64,000 bases of DNA, taken from contig OX597835.1 in assembly GCA_951406725.2 (NCBI GenBank), positions 19,220,001 to 19,284,000 on the forward strand. Reading direction: 5' to 3'. A program made the position numbers and the translations under genes. Source of the stretch: Octopus vulgaris. Its lineage: Eukaryota. The notes beneath the pieces are model-generated. The model had not been told where the DNA came from. It saw only the letters and a program-made list of their open reading frames with translations, and searched no databases. Positions within the stretch are counted from its first letter, which is position 1. Every line of letters begins with the position of its first letter. This document shows, piece by piece, positions 1-15,352 of this stretch.

Positions 1-10
1 TACCCCTACT

Positions 11-32
11 CCTAACCCTAACCCTAACCCTA
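11..32 (-). repeat. Short interstitial (TTAGGG)n telomere-like tract
   Basis: cctaaccctaaccctaacccta, about 3.5 units at the window edge, followed by non-telomeric sequence. Confidence 0.7.
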
Positions 33-232
33 AAATAGATTGAAATGCAATTGATCAATACTAGGGTTATAATTATGGGTGACAATTTCATATGACACCG
101 CTAGAAAAAACTGCCGTTCAAACCGGAAAGATCCCTCTTTTAATATTCGAGACAAGTATGTTCTACCATTCTGAAGTCCTAATGAATAACAAATATAGCC
201 ATTCCTACTATTCCCGAAAAGCTTGTATTGGT

Positions 233-698
<466 letters not shown>

Positions 699-1401
699 GA
701 GTCATTTATGTATGCCTCATAGTGTAAAAAAGAAAAAATAATAACATCAGAGTATACGCTGTGTATAAATTTATCCCGGAATAAAAAATAAAGTTTAAGA
801 GATCGTACATTTACCATTAGTGCATTTTTCATTTTCCTATGAATCATATATATTGTATGAGGACAATTACTAAAACACAACAATCAAATTGTGTTGTAAA
901 AATTACGCTTTTTTTTATTAACTAATATAATTAAAGAAATCTTTAGAACTATAAAAAAATATAAACTCTTCTACGTTTTATTAATTGGCCAATTAATGGT
1001 AAATTGCTAAATATTTTTCGCTTCATTTTATTTCATTACAGTGCAGTGCGAAAATATAGGTTACGTCTAAAATTTTATCTTCCTGATTAATAATTATTTT
1101 AAGGTTTTCGTTGAACAATATATTTGGCAATCAAATATCCTGAAACAACACTCAAAGAACGTCATCTAAAATAATCGTATTATTATTACTTTTTTTAAAG
1201 AAGTAATATGCTAGAGGTTTAAATTTTAGTGGTAAATAAATAAAATATATTCTTAGTAAGTGGAACAGAATGGCATTTATAAACTTTTAAAATTCATATA
1301 TAAAACTGAAATGCCTAAAAACGCCATCAATTTCTTCTGCTATTTGAAAACTATTTAAACATGCAAATCAGGAAATATAAGTAGAAAATTTTTACTTTAG
1401 C

Positions 1402-1479
<78 letters not shown>

Positions 1480-1504
1480 AATATTAGGAATAACCAAACT
1501 TACA

Positions 1505-1899
1505 TTTTACTCTTTTAAATTAATTTGCTTCAGTCATTTGACTGCGGCCATGCTGGAGCACCGCCTTTAGTCGGGCAAATCGACCCCGGGACTTATTCTT
1601 CGTAAGCCCAGTACTTATTCTATCGGTCTCTTTTGCCGAACCGCTAAGTGACGGGGACGTAAACGCACCAGCATCGGTTGTCAAGCAATGCTAGGGGGAC
1701 AAACACACACACATACACATATATATACATATATACGACAGTCTTCTTTCAGTTTCCATCTACCAAATCCACTCACAAGGCATTGGTCGGCCCGGGGCTA
1801 TAGCAGAATATACTTGCCCAAGATGCCACGCAGTGGGACTGAACCCGGAACCATGTGGTTGGTTAACAAGCTACTTACCACACAGCCACTCCTGCGCCT
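1505..1899 (-). mobile_element. SINE family A, full length
   Basis: Matches 233-698; complete head AGGCGCAGGAGTGGCTGTGTGG on minus strand. Confidence 0.9.
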
Positions 1900-1903
1900 A
1901 TGC

Positions 1904-1961
<58 letters not shown>

Positions 1962-2824
1962 CAATGTATTTGCTCACAAATTATAGCAGAATTCGGCTAA
2001 ACTTCTCCTAGTTGTGTTCCACTCAGTTCGCATTTCACGCTGGGAATCTTATCTAAATATTTAACAGGAAATGTCCCGTACAGGTTATTGACTCTAATAT
2101 ATATCTTATTCTAGACTTTTCCTTAGAAATTATCGTAAATATTTTTACAATTAAACTGAGATGCTTCAAAAAATTGGAAAATTATATGCATTCGACACGT
2201 TATTGTAATTACAAATGTGATTTGAAATCCTTCATGTGTAAAATGTAGCATACGCAAAAGTTGTCCTGCCGCAGATAATGTCTAAACATGTGATGATTAA
2301 AATCTATGATATAGAAAATAGATTTGTGCAACACGTGGAATTTTCTGTTTTTACAAATGTGAATATTAAATCCACTAACGCACAAAATGATAATTAATGA
2401 AGCGTAAATTCGTATTAATTAACCACTAGAATTGAGATGTTTACATTCACAAAAGGCAATGTTCTTAACTACTAATCGTATGATCGACCTGGATTTAAAG
2501 ATGTATCATAAGAAAATACTTAATGCCATAGATGTTGTGGTTATATCGTTTTTACATGACATTTTATAAACGGTGACTTTTAACTGTTTCTAACAGAATA
2601 GCTATCCCTACAACTTTGTAAATTCTTCATACATATAGGTGTGTCTATGTATTTTGTATGCATCTATCTTTGTATCTATGTTTGTACGTATGTACCTATA
2701 TATATATGTGTGCATGCCATATCATATTTCATGTATATTTGTGATACCATAAATATCTACGTATTTATCTATTTACGTATGTAATTATATATGTATTTAT
2801 GTATATATACATACACGCATGTAC

Positions 2825-2833
2825 GTATATGTG

Positions 2834-2896
<63 letters not shown>

Positions 2897-2928
2897 TATA
2901 TACATACACATATATATCTACATCTCTA

Positions 2929-3008
<80 letters not shown>

Positions 3009-3041
3009 CACATATATATCTACATCTCTCTCTCTCTCTCT

Positions 3042-3096
<55 letters not shown>

Positions 3097-3112
3097 CACA
3101 TATATATCTACA

Positions 3113-3168
<56 letters not shown>
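2825..3168. repeat. Compound (TA)n/(TC)n microsatellite with recurring cacatatatatctacatctct module
   Basis: Module seen three times (about 2907, 3009, 3097) among TA/TC tracts. Confidence 0.9.
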
Positions 3169-3169
<1 letters not shown>

Positions 3170-4193
3170 GAATGCGTGTACCTGTGGTTTGAATTAATTG
3201 ACTGGGAACGATAATGAAATATCATCGTGTATCTCAAGCCATCAAGCCATCTTTTGGATGTTTTGTGAAGCGGAATTCCATGAAGACAAATGACGATGAT
3301 GAGGGCGAGGAGTAGTCAAGAAGGAGACGGGCAATCGGGTGGAATAAGAAGAAGAAGACAAAGTAGAACGAGTAACTGGACAACGATTGCAGAGGAAGTG
3401 GATGAGAGAGAAACGCGTAACAGTTGTTGAAGTACAAAGTAAAATTGGCGAGGAGTAGGAGGAAGAAACGGTATTGCTCCTCCGTTATATGAATTTTCAT
3501 TATGGTTATATGCTCGCTAGTGTTTGGATAGTTATGGGTTGCCGTGAGCTGCAAGCGAAATGCATTGCACAGCTCGTCAATGAAAATTGAAAATGGAATT
3601 GATGGGGCGTAAGTTCTTGCAGGCTACGGAACTAATAAAGCTTGACAAGACATGCCACCATTACAAGCCGAATTCTTCAAATGGCTGTTTTCTCTGATGC
3701 TGTAGGTATTACTGCCATGTATATTGGCAAAGCAAAGTGAAAACGCAGGTGTTTGCTGCACATGGAAGCATTAAAACATTTCAGTAGCGTCTTCTTGAAT
3801 ATTATATATTTATAACGAGACTGCACGAGTAACAACTGCGCTAGCTGAATAACTAGGCTGAAATGCTCTTACTTGTGTGTCTGTCTATGGGTTTCTCTCT
3901 GTATATAAACATATATTCGCTAGTATGTAAGAAAGGGGGAGAGTGTATGAGAGAGATAGAGAGAGGGAGAGAGAGAACGAAAGAGAGATATAGAGAGAGA
4001 CGGTATGTGTTTATATGGAGGTACATGTTCTTATGAAAATATGTGTAAATCAACGAAAGAATGAATGGATATTTGAAATTCTGTAAATATATGATTGCCT
4101 GTAAGTCGCTGTCTATGTATATATATTTGAATATTTAAGAGAGAGAGAGCATTTGAAACAGACTAACAGTGTGTGTGAGTTTGTATAATTCAG

Positions 4194-4514
4194 CGCGTGG
4201 CTTAGTGGTTAGGGCATCCGACTGACGATTTTAAGGTCGTGAGTTCGATTCCCGGCGATGCGTTGTGTCCTTGAGCAAGACACTTTATTTCACGATGCTC
4301 CAGTCCACTCAGCTGCCAAAAATGAGTTGTACCTGTATTTCAAAGGGCCGGCCTTGTCACACTCTGTGTCACGCTGAATCTCCCTGAGAACTACGTTAAA
4401 GGTACTCGTGTCTGTGGATTGCTCAGTCACTTGCACGTTAATTCCACGAGCAAGCTGTTCCGTTGATCGTATCAGCTGGGACCCTCGTCGTCGTAACCGG
4501 CGGAGTGCTCCTAC
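4194..4514 (+). mobile_element. tRNA-derived SINE with its own head/core and family-B tail 1
   Basis: A box TGGCTTAGTGG, B box GAGTTCGATTCC, core TGTGTCCTTGAGCAAGACAC; 3' half matches 30400-30582; 8-bp TSD taattcag at 4186-4193 and 4515-4522. Confidence 0.9.
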
Positions 4515-4937
4515 TAATTCAGTACATCTAGATATGTAAATACGTGCGTAAAAACGAATGCATGAGAGAATATTTATATCTCTGTAAATGAAAGAGTGTA
4601 TATAAATATGTGTTTGATTTTTAGGTGCGTAAACGTTTTCGTGTATATTGAGCTGTTTGTGACTGTTGTGAAATTTATCAATATTTATTATATGACGTCA
4701 GTTTATTACAACCTTGTGTGTTTTTATATTATTTGCTGTGACGTTGTATGTGTGAATACGTACGCTTCTGCATACCGATGCGATTCCAAGGATATAAACA
4801 AGGTGTATGGGTGATGAGATTGTGAATGTTTAAATGTGCATGATCGGTGTGTTAGTGAAGTTCGTCGTGTGTCTGTGAAGGTGTATGTGTTTCTGCTGTA
4901 TGATAATTTTACGGTTTACGTGTTTATGGTGTACACT

Positions 4938-5486
4938 GGCTTCAAATTTTGCCACAAGGGCAGAAATTTTTCGAAGGAGGGGATGAGTCGATTACATCGA
5001 ACCGAATGTGTAACTGGTACTTATTTTATCGACCACGGAAGTAGGAAACGTAAAGTCGACCACGGCGGAATTTCAACTCAGACCGTAGCGACCGGCAAAA
5101 TACCTATTTCTTTACTACCCACAAGGGGCTAAACACAGTGGGGACAAACAAGCACAGTCGAACGGATTAAGTCGATTAGATCGACCCCAGTGCGTAACTG
5201 ATACTTATTTAATCGACCCCGAAAGGATAAAAGGCAAAGTCGACCTCGGTGGAATTTAAACTCAGAAAGTAACGGCAGACGAAATACCTATTTCTTTATT
5301 ACCCACAAGGGGCTAAACACAGAAGGGACAAACAAGGACACACATAGGTACTAAGTCGATTACATCGACCCCGAAAGGATGAAAGGCAAAGTCGACCTCG
5401 GCGGAATTTGAACTCACAACGTAACACAGACGAAATACCGCTAAGCATTTCGCCCGGCGTGCTAACGTTTCAGCCAGCTCGCCGCC
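4938..5486 (-). mobile_element. SINE family C, multimer (head plus three body units)
   Basis: Head GGCGGCGAGCTGG on minus strand; body GAGTTCAAATTCCGCCGAGGTCGAC... repeated with about 187-nt period; last unit has an alternative tail. Confidence 0.88.
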
Positions 5487-5622
5487 TTATTTGTAGTGGA
5501 TAATATATGATGATAAGGAATATATTTGTATATGTTGAACACTCAGACATTTGCGTGTATATATATATATATATATATATACAATAATAAATCTCTGGGC
5601 GAGATATAAACAGTAACTGCTC

Positions 5623-5726
5623 TATAACATAAGAGGGATCAGCCATCTGAATGTGGCTAGGGTCAGGGCCCACCACCCCGCCCTGACCCTAGCCACATTC
5701 AGATGGCTGATCCCTCTTATGTTATA
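5623..5726. repeat. Perfect inverted repeat, 47-bp arms, 10-nt loop
   Basis: 5623-5669 is the reverse complement of 5680-5726; loop ccaccacccc; abuts (TA)n. Confidence 0.95.
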
Positions 5727-5752
5727 TATATATATATATATAGATATACAAA

Positions 5753-5810
<58 letters not shown>

Positions 5811-5841
5811 CATACATATATACAACTATGTATATATATAT

Positions 5842-5873
<32 letters not shown>

Positions 5874-6640
5874 CGCAATAAAAACGATTACCTACGTACC
5901 ATTGTTTTCACTTGTCAATATCTTTGTACAGCGTAGTCTGTCGCTTACAAAACACACTTTCCAGAACGAGTTCCATTTGGCTCAACCGAAATGGAGCATG
6001 TATAAAGGTCTTCAAATGATATTTGAGCGTATTTTTTCAAATGTCTCAATTTTTGCGCGCTGAGGCCGGAAATTACTCTGCAGTTACTAAATTTCAGCAG
6101 CCAATTTACCGATTAGAGGATATTTTTTATTTAAAATTAAATAATAAGGGTAGAAATTGATGATAATCAATAAAAACCAGTGTCTTAGCAAATTTTAAAA
6201 TCCTGAGATTTTTTTCTTGGGAACACATTCTTCGTGGTAATAGCGATTTGACGTCTATGTTTAGCATATAGGGTGTCCACTTTAGTGGTCATTTGTCTTA
6301 ATTTTGTACGTACGTATTTTCATACACATTTATTTTTTCACTAAGATTCTATGTATTATCCTTGTGAAAAGAGGATAGGTTGCTTCAAAGAAAATAAATG
6401 ACGCAGGCAAAACGTACAAGTATTTTTTCTATAATTTTTTCCGGGTTCTTTTCCTAAGATACCATTCATCTCTCAAACTAAATAAGTCATCTGAGTAAAA
6501 ACGGATTTCCGTTCTGTCTTATTCTGGTGTCTACTTTTTTTTACATCGCAGTTATTAAAAACTTCCCACCATCGGAACATTGACTGAACTTGTCCTATCT
6601 ATATGTATGTGCGTTTGTATGTGCGTATTTGTATGTGTGT

Positions 6641-7541
<901 letters not shown>

Positions 7542-7865
7542 CACATACATACACGCACACATATATATACACACATGTATGTGTATATATATTTGTATAT
7601 ATGACGCGCATTAATACACACACACTCATTACTATATGAAGAAAATATGTTTGAGCCTCTGTATGTGTGTCTATATATTTATATGCATATACGCACATTT
7701 GAACATACACACGCATATACACTCATATGTGCATTTATATGCATATGTATCTTCATAGAAACATACTCATATATACATATTTGTGTGTGTTTGTGTGTGC
7801 CTTTGTCTTTGTGTGTTTGTAATAAAAGTTCAAATACTTAGATATCTCCATCATTTCTTACACAT

Positions 7866-7913
7866 GTTGTAATACCCGTCTATTTATCAGATGTCTAGAC
7901 GGGGTATTACAAC
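7866..7913. repeat. Small inverted repeat
   Basis: gttgtaatacccgtcta / tagacggggtattacaac, 1-nt bulge. Confidence 0.75.
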
Positions 7914-8268
7914 CTGTCTACCAAATAAAAGATATTCTTTGCATTTGAACTTTTAATATTGTCTTTTAATCTTCTTGATTTGTATATTTGTTATTGATTT
8001 CTTCACAGAAGTGTGTTGTTATCTATTTTTTTTAAATTGTGAATTCACGCACGTATAATACACCCATTCATACCGGCACACACGCTATCGCACACATATA
8101 CAAAGAACATATATATATACATATGTATGTAAATAAATATGCATGTGTATGAATATATATACATACACACACAATTGTATATATATATATATTAGAAAAA
8201 GTCTACACTAACTAGTGGTTTTCAAGTTCCTGTATACAAAAATGAAATTGTATTTTCGTAATGTACTG

Positions 8269-8623
8269 TTTACTCTTGTATTTGTTTCAGTCATTTGACT
8301 GAGGCCATGCTGGAGCACAGCTTTTAGTCGAGCAAATGACCCCTTTGTAAGCCTAGTACTTATTCTATCGGTCTCTTTTGCCGAACTGCTAAGTTACGGG
8401 GACGTAAACAGACCAGTATCGGTTGTCAAGCGGTGTTGGTGGGACGAGCACAGGCAAGCAAACAGAAGCACATACATACATATACACATATATACGACGG
8501 GCTTCTTTCAGTTTCCGTCTACCAAATCCACTCACAAGGCTATGGTCGGCACTTGCCTAAGATTCCACGCAGTGGGATTGGACCCGAAACCATGTGGTTC
8601 GTAAGCAAGCTACTTACAACAGC
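8269..8623 (-). mobile_element. SINE family A, 5'-clipped
   Basis: Homology to other A copies; head joins directly to a family-B SINE. Confidence 0.88.
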
Positions 8624-8903
8624 GGGCTCGCGGTCGGAAGATCGTGGTTTCGATTCCCAGACCGGGTGTTGTGTGTGTTTATTGAACGAAAACACCTAAA
8701 AGCTCCACGGTGCACTTGCAGGGTGGTGGTGGTGACCCCTGTTGTACTCTTTCACCACAACTTTCTCTCACTCTCTCTCTCTTCCTCTTTCTTGAGTAAC
8801 GCTGCAATGGACTGGCGTCCCGTGCTCTGGGCGGAACGCATAAGCCACAGAAACCGGGCAACCGGGCCCATGAGCCTTGCTAGGCTTGAAAAGGGCGACG
8901 TTT
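8620..8903 (+). mobile_element. SINE family B head/body with tail 3
   Basis: B head from cagcgggctcgcggtc, B box GTTTCGATTCCC; tail GCAATGGACTGGCGTCCCGT...ACAGAAACCGGG...GCCCATGAGCC. Confidence 0.85.
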
Positions 8904-10164
8904 ATCATTTTGTTTTCTATATGAAGACAGTGAGATCGACGTTGCGCAACTTTTCTTCACTTTCAATAAATTCCCAGCGCAAATTGTCATTCATGCTTAA
9001 ACGTGGTTAGATGGACATCTTTTCTGCGATGGACGAACTTTTTGAATAGCAATTTAATAATTTAATTTTTTATCTCAGATTTCTAATAATCCAAAAAAAA
9101 TCACGAGTTTAAAAAATTAAAAACATTCTTGCAGATAAAATAAATGAGATCGTTTCTTTACTTCTTTACGTATTAATGGATTCACGCTGCGAGAAATTTA
9201 TCCGCAGAGCAAGGTGCATCTTATGCTAATATCAAGAAAATACTGTCTATCTTCCATGAGACCGGGAGATAAAATTATTTAGATATCGCTAACATTACGA
9301 TACTAGTTCATAAACTGATACATGATTTATTCACCTTGGATATCATACACATTTACACTTAAAACTTCCACACTAACACATAGGCGAATAACACCTAGAA
9401 GCCCGATGGCATTAAAATGGCGTTCGCAATGAGAATGCATTCGATTTGCATTATGTATAGCCAAAGAAAAAAATAATAACTGCAGGAAGTCACAAATAGA
9501 ACGAAACATTGTCTTCAATATTCCGCTGCAATTGAAAACTGGACAAAGGTGTGTTAATTGATAATTATGTTTAGCGTTGAATCAAAGAATAAACACACTC
9601 ATTTAATGCTTCTTTCCTTAGTCGGTTATAATGTTCAAGGTAGAATCGCACGTACAGTTGGCAACATTCAAACAATGCACACCCCTCGTGATGCTTTAAA
9701 TATTCTCACAAAGGGAATTGCTATAAATCAGGTAATTCTTCAAGGTCTAACGAGATGTTTGTTTTTTAAAATCTGAATCGATGCTCCCTATGAATAATTC
9801 TCTCGTTTGATCATGCATATTTACACAATATTTCCTTGACAAGGGGAGTTCGATCATTTGAAAAAAAGGCACATGATAAACTAGCATCGCGTATATAATT
9901 AAATTTCATTGACCAATTTACCACGGTCATGTGATTACATGAATTCCACAGGAAATGCATGAGATCATATCATATAGAAAATGGCAACACCTTAGGTTTC
10001 AAGAATGTAAGTTCAAAACGTAAACATGCTAAAGTTTGGGATACCTAAAACGACAACTGTCTTTTGCCAATCTTTGGTCGCATGTGTAACATTTAATGAT
10101 ACTAGGATCGGAAAAACAAAGAGGCAACATACTGAAAACAGATTATGTAACCTCGGTTATTATT

Positions 10165-10578
10165 CTCTTTTTACTCTTTACTCTTTTACTTGATTCAGTC
10201 ATTTGACTGCGGCCATGCTGGAGCACCGCCTTTAGTCGAGCAAATCGACCCCGGGACTTATTCTTTGTAAGCACAGTACTTATTCTATCGGTCTCTTTTG
10301 CCGAACCACTAAGTGACGGGGACGTAAACACACCAGCATCGGTTGTCAAGCAATGCAAGGGGGACAAACACAGACACACAAACACACACATACATATATA
10401 TATATATATGTATACGACAGGCTTCTTTCAGTTTCCGTCTACCAAATCCACTCACAAGGCATTGGTCGGCCCGAGGCTATAGCAGAAGACACTTGCCCAA
10501 GATGTCACGCAGTGGGACTGAACCCGGAATCATGTGGTTGGTTAGCAAGCTACTTACCACACAGCCACTCCTGCGCCT
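10165..10578 (-). mobile_element. SINE family A, full length
   Basis: Matches other A copies; several GAGTAAAA tail units. Confidence 0.9.
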
Positions 10579-10679
10579 GTAAGATATTATACGTAAGATA
10601 TTCCAAGAATATGTAAATATTTTGTGACTAAATAATTTCCGTATGTTTCATCTTCACGCAGATAATTGCAATTATGCCT

Positions 10680-10850
10680 TTTTTGTTTTCTCTACATTTC
10701 TTTTTCCTCTCAACCCTTTCTGTCGAAGAGCGTAGGCTCGAGATGGTAAAAGCTATCCCATTCTTCCCAAGCGTCAACCTGTAACAAATTCTTTTTGCTC
10801 CCAAACCTCCCTTCGCTATTTGTCATCTTTAAATTTGAATTATATATTAT
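10680..10850 (+). mobile_element. Hammerhead-bearing short repeat (family E), degenerate
   Basis: CTTT-CTGTCGA-A-GAGC-GTAG-GCTC-GAGA at 10716-10743; homologous to 24085-24212 and 45762-45920. Confidence 0.6.
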
Positions 10851-10851
10851 A

Positions 10852-11364
10852 CTAGCAGTATCGCCCGGCGTTGCTCGGGTTTGTAAGGGAAATAACTATA
10901 TAAGCATTTTTAGAGAGTTACTTCTCTTATAGATGCCAATTCGGGCTTTCTTAGCCATTTCTGTTTTGGTGTCTTCAAGCCATGAAGTCGTTGTTCTAAA
11001 AGAACGCTGGTCTCCTTGACAACGCTTTACGACGTTGATTTCCTTACACTCCCTTCCCCACAGCTTCACGAGGGAGGGAAGAAGGGGGAGAAGCAAACAG
11101 GTGCAGGTGTGACCATGGACGCCAACTCCGTCGCCATCGACACACGAAAAATTATGCATTAAAATGGAATAAAAAATGATGTTAAATTATTTTTAAAATC
11201 GTAGACTCATCATAGACGCGCGCTAATACTCAGACGGGCTCGATATGAATCACGACTATAAGATACCCGAATTTGGTTAAACTGCACCGCAAAATGTGAG
11301 AGTAGTTAGGAATCTAAATCGAAGGGGACAGACACTCACACAACTACAGTTTTATATATATAGA
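10852..11364 (-). mobile_element. Non-autonomous Helitron
   Basis: On minus strand begins TC, ends CTAG, inserted between A and T; subterminal hairpin CCCGAGCAACGCCGGG; both ends match 33230-33625. Confidence 0.88.
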
Positions 11365-11979
11365 TATCATATATATGCATACATTATGATACATTATAAT
11401 TGTTATTGTTCCTGTTATTATTAAATATGTGTACGCAAATGTAGTGATACGAAAGAGTGTGTGAGAATGATATAAAATGCATGAATGTATCATCGTGAGA
11501 CTTGACTGCTTGACATATACAGTAATAGCGCGTTTGAGATTAAGAAAATGTGTGAACTTACAACACATATATTCAACCGCACCTCGCATCATACCGTTTT
11601 GAAAAAGCGCTCGCATTCAACGGTTTTTTTCTCCCGAGTTGATAAGTTACGCTTTACCCTAGGCGCAGTAAGGTCTACTGACGTGAACCGAGTTGCACCG
11701 CATCAGAGTTCGAAATCACGTGATCTTGATATATCTGCTTCCTCACGTGTCAGCTTGTCTTATTTCTGTTTCGTCAAATTATTACGGTAAGTGTTTTTTT
11801 GTGACTAATTGAGTTTTTTTTTTACACTTGTTTCTAGCACTCTGATATTATTTTGTACCCTTAATTATAAATTTGCTCGTAGGTTTTAATTGCTAATGTG
11901 CGTGTGCGTCTACGTCTCTACGTCTGTATTTGTATTAATATGTTTAGTATAAATATGCGTGTGTATATATATCTATATG

Positions 11980-12027
<48 letters not shown>

Positions 12028-12034
12028 CTATATG

Positions 12035-12093
<59 letters not shown>

Positions 12094-12686
12094 CATATAT
12101 ATACGTATGTGTGCGTGCGTGTTATATATGTATGAATTTATGAATTTACATTCCTTAGACAGAACACAGAGCTACACACATAATTCCTAATTCAGTTCGT
12201 TAAGTGTTTTGTCTCGGAACGAACAAAATAATTAGGCACTCAAAATAATTATTTAAACTGATTATGTATAAAGTCACACATATTTATGCCCGCGTGAGTG
12301 TGTAATTGTGTGTGTGTGTGTGGCATTCATACACACAGACAATTATATATGTCTGCGTACTGTCAACGATTTATTTTACGTATATGAAAATAAATGTCGA
12401 CGTATGTATGTATGTATGAACATATGTAAGTATGTATTTACGTGTATATGTATGCTTCATTATCACAATGTCCTCGACTTTTCCATATGATAGACTTTAA
12501 ATAATAACATCAGACCTTGGAAATAATAAGCGAAATATTAATAAAGGTGTGTCCTCATAAGTACACGAACTCGCGCACTCGAGTACACGTAAATACAAAT
12601 TTAACTAATGATAAACATATGCATATGTTTACTGGGTTATGTATAAAGATGCTATATATGTATATATATATACATATATATATGTT

Positions 12687-12720
<34 letters not shown>

Positions 12721-12737
12721 TGTATATAATATATGTT

Positions 12738-12782
<45 letters not shown>

Positions 12783-12805
12783 ATATAAGTATATATATGA
12801 ATTTC

Positions 12806-12955
12806 TGGCTATGTGGTGAGTAGCTTCTTAACAACCACATGGTTCCAGGTCCAGTCCCACTGCGTGGCACCTTGGGCAAGTGTCTTCTACTATAGCCTCG
12901 GGCCGAGCAAACCTTGTAAGTGGATTTGGTAGAAGGAAACTGAAAGAAGCCCTTC

Positions 12956-13007
<52 letters not shown>

Positions 13008-13231
13008 GTGTGTGTATATGTTTGTGTTTCTGTGTTCGTCCACCCAACATCGCTTGACAATCGATGCTGGTGTGTTTACGTCCCCGCAACTTAGCGATTC
13101 GGAAAAAGAGACCGATAGAATAAGTACTAGGCTTATATAGAATAAGGCCTGGGATCGATTTGCTCGTCTAAAGGCGGTGCTCCAGCATCGCCACACTCAA
13201 ATGACTGAAACAAGTAAAAAAGTAAAAGAGT
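12806..13231 (+). mobile_element. SINE family A
   Basis: TGGCTATGTGG head, internal (TA)n, AGTAAAA tail. Confidence 0.9.
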
Positions 13232-13265
13232 ATATATATGTATGCATGTATGCACATATATATAC

Positions 13266-13310
<45 letters not shown>

Positions 13311-13547
13311 ATTGTGTGTGTATGTGTATGTGCGTGTGTATTCAAACACAGAATGATGTTTACGGCGGACAATTATGTTCAGGAGAAATAATATACAAAA
13401 TTTCGTATGGAATACGCGAAAACACGGAGACGAAGGAAATGCGAATGAATTTGGTAAATATATGGCGAAAACACAAAGCATATAATAAATAAGTAGAAAA
13501 TCTTAATTGTATCTATATGTATATACATACACACCTATATATTTATG

Positions 13548-13596
<49 letters not shown>

Positions 13597-14189
13597 TTCA
13601 TGCGTACATACGTACAGGGCATCATTTTGACATTCTAGCTTTATTTCTTTGTACATAAGTTCGAGGACAATATATATATAATTGCGAAAAAAAATTTTAA
13701 TGCAATATCAAACAAACCAGACATCAACGACAGAAATTGAACAAGAACAACAGCAACTATAATAGTGAAAATAATAACAATAATGATGATAATGATGATG
13801 ATTGTTGTTTTGGTGAATATTAGGTTTAATATAGTTTTTTTTTTTTTTCCTTATTGTCTTCAAGCGTATTGGCCTTTGTAATTTGCAAAGTTGTTGTTTT
13901 TTTAAAAAATTCCAAATATATTGCTTAACAGAAATGCTATGAAATTAGTGCAAAAGTATGTATTGGGGGAGAATAGAAAATTCTAATGGGAAAAGAGGTT
14001 AACAAATAGTTTTGGGTGTTTATCAATTATATATACTTAAAAAAATAAAGTTGATGGCAAAAACAATGCTTTAAGAACCGAAACACAATATACATAAATA
14101 TATTACTCATTGCATCTTCCTCTCTTTCGTTGTCTCTCCATCTCTGGCTCTTTCTCCTTCTTTATCTATATATCCCTCTTTCTAGCTGT

Positions 14190-14200
14190 CTATCTATCTA

Positions 14201-14274
<74 letters not shown>

Positions 14275-14350
14275 GGCTGTCTATCTGTCTATCTGTCTAT
14301 CTATCTATCAATCCATCCATCTATCTATCTATTTATCTATCTATCTACTT
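14190..14350. repeat. (TATC)n microsatellite
   Basis: Direct reading. Confidence 0.95.
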
Positions 14351-14630
14351 ATCTACTTTTAAATAGATGTAATGATTGCATTCTTCAATTAAATGGAGGT
14401 GCTCTATTAACTCTGAATATCCTTGTTGCTTATTTTGATTTTAATCACCTTATTTTGAAATTGTATGGATAATACCATACTAAATTCTGGTGCCTAAACT
14501 TATGTACCATATTCATCTGTATCTACTTATCCATTTAAATATATATCTGTGTATGTGTGTGTGTGCATGCACACACACGTACACATGCACACACCTATAT
14601 ACATATATATGTATACACACAAATACACAC

Positions 14631-14700
<70 letters not shown>

Positions 14701-14863
14701 GTTAAAAAAATATATGCAAACTGGGACAAGAACATGAAACATTTAGAAGACGACACAAAAAACAAGGAAGGGACATTCGAAGCCCTCAATCATCAGTCAA
14801 TAACCGGATCATCTTCGCAATTTCGGCTGATTAATCTTGATATATATATATATATATCCATAT

Positions 14864-15230
14864 ACAGGGCATTCCAGAGTTAATATTTATTTTCAATCCG
14901 GAAAATTTTCAGAAAACTGACAGAATTTTATATTCATTGCTTAATTTTGATACCAAGATCAATAGATTTATGAATCTTGCTTCGGAACGTTTTTGGAAAT
15001 TTTCCGTTTGTATTGCTGCAGATTTCAAATTTATACTTAGCGTTACCAAGAACATTTTGAAGCATTTGAAGTGTTTTCTCCAACACTTCTAAGTTAATGT
15101 TTTCAGCAACTTTCACTAAATTGTTGGTCCATCCTGGGCATGGCGGTAGAGCAAATGACTTCAGCCAAATTGAAAACAACCTGTTGTGGATAGATAAGCG
15201 CAATCGAACAGGAATGAAAAGGAAATCATA
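14864..15230 (-). mobile_element. Probable Tc1/mariner-superfamily 3' end relic
   Basis: TA|CAGGGCATTCC terminus; minus-strand peptide ...LQMLQNVLGNAKYKFEICSNTNGKF resembles the Tc1/mariner C-terminal C-x4-G motif. Confidence 0.45.
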
Positions 15231-15282
15231 TATGTATTTATAAAAAATTTAATTAGATTGCTAAATAAGTTTAAAATTTAAC

Positions 15283-15352
<70 letters not shown>

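Noticed and set aside
2791-3214. Many [12 protein letters not shown] ORFs here and throughout the window
   Set aside because: Translations of stop-free dinucleotide microsatellites
4938-5486. Regularly spaced repeats resembling a CRISPR array
   Set aside because: Eukaryotic SINE multimer; no unique spacers and no cas genes
14770-14840. CTGATGA and CCGAAA motifs on the minus strand
   Set aside because: Could not assemble a consistent three-helix hammerhead
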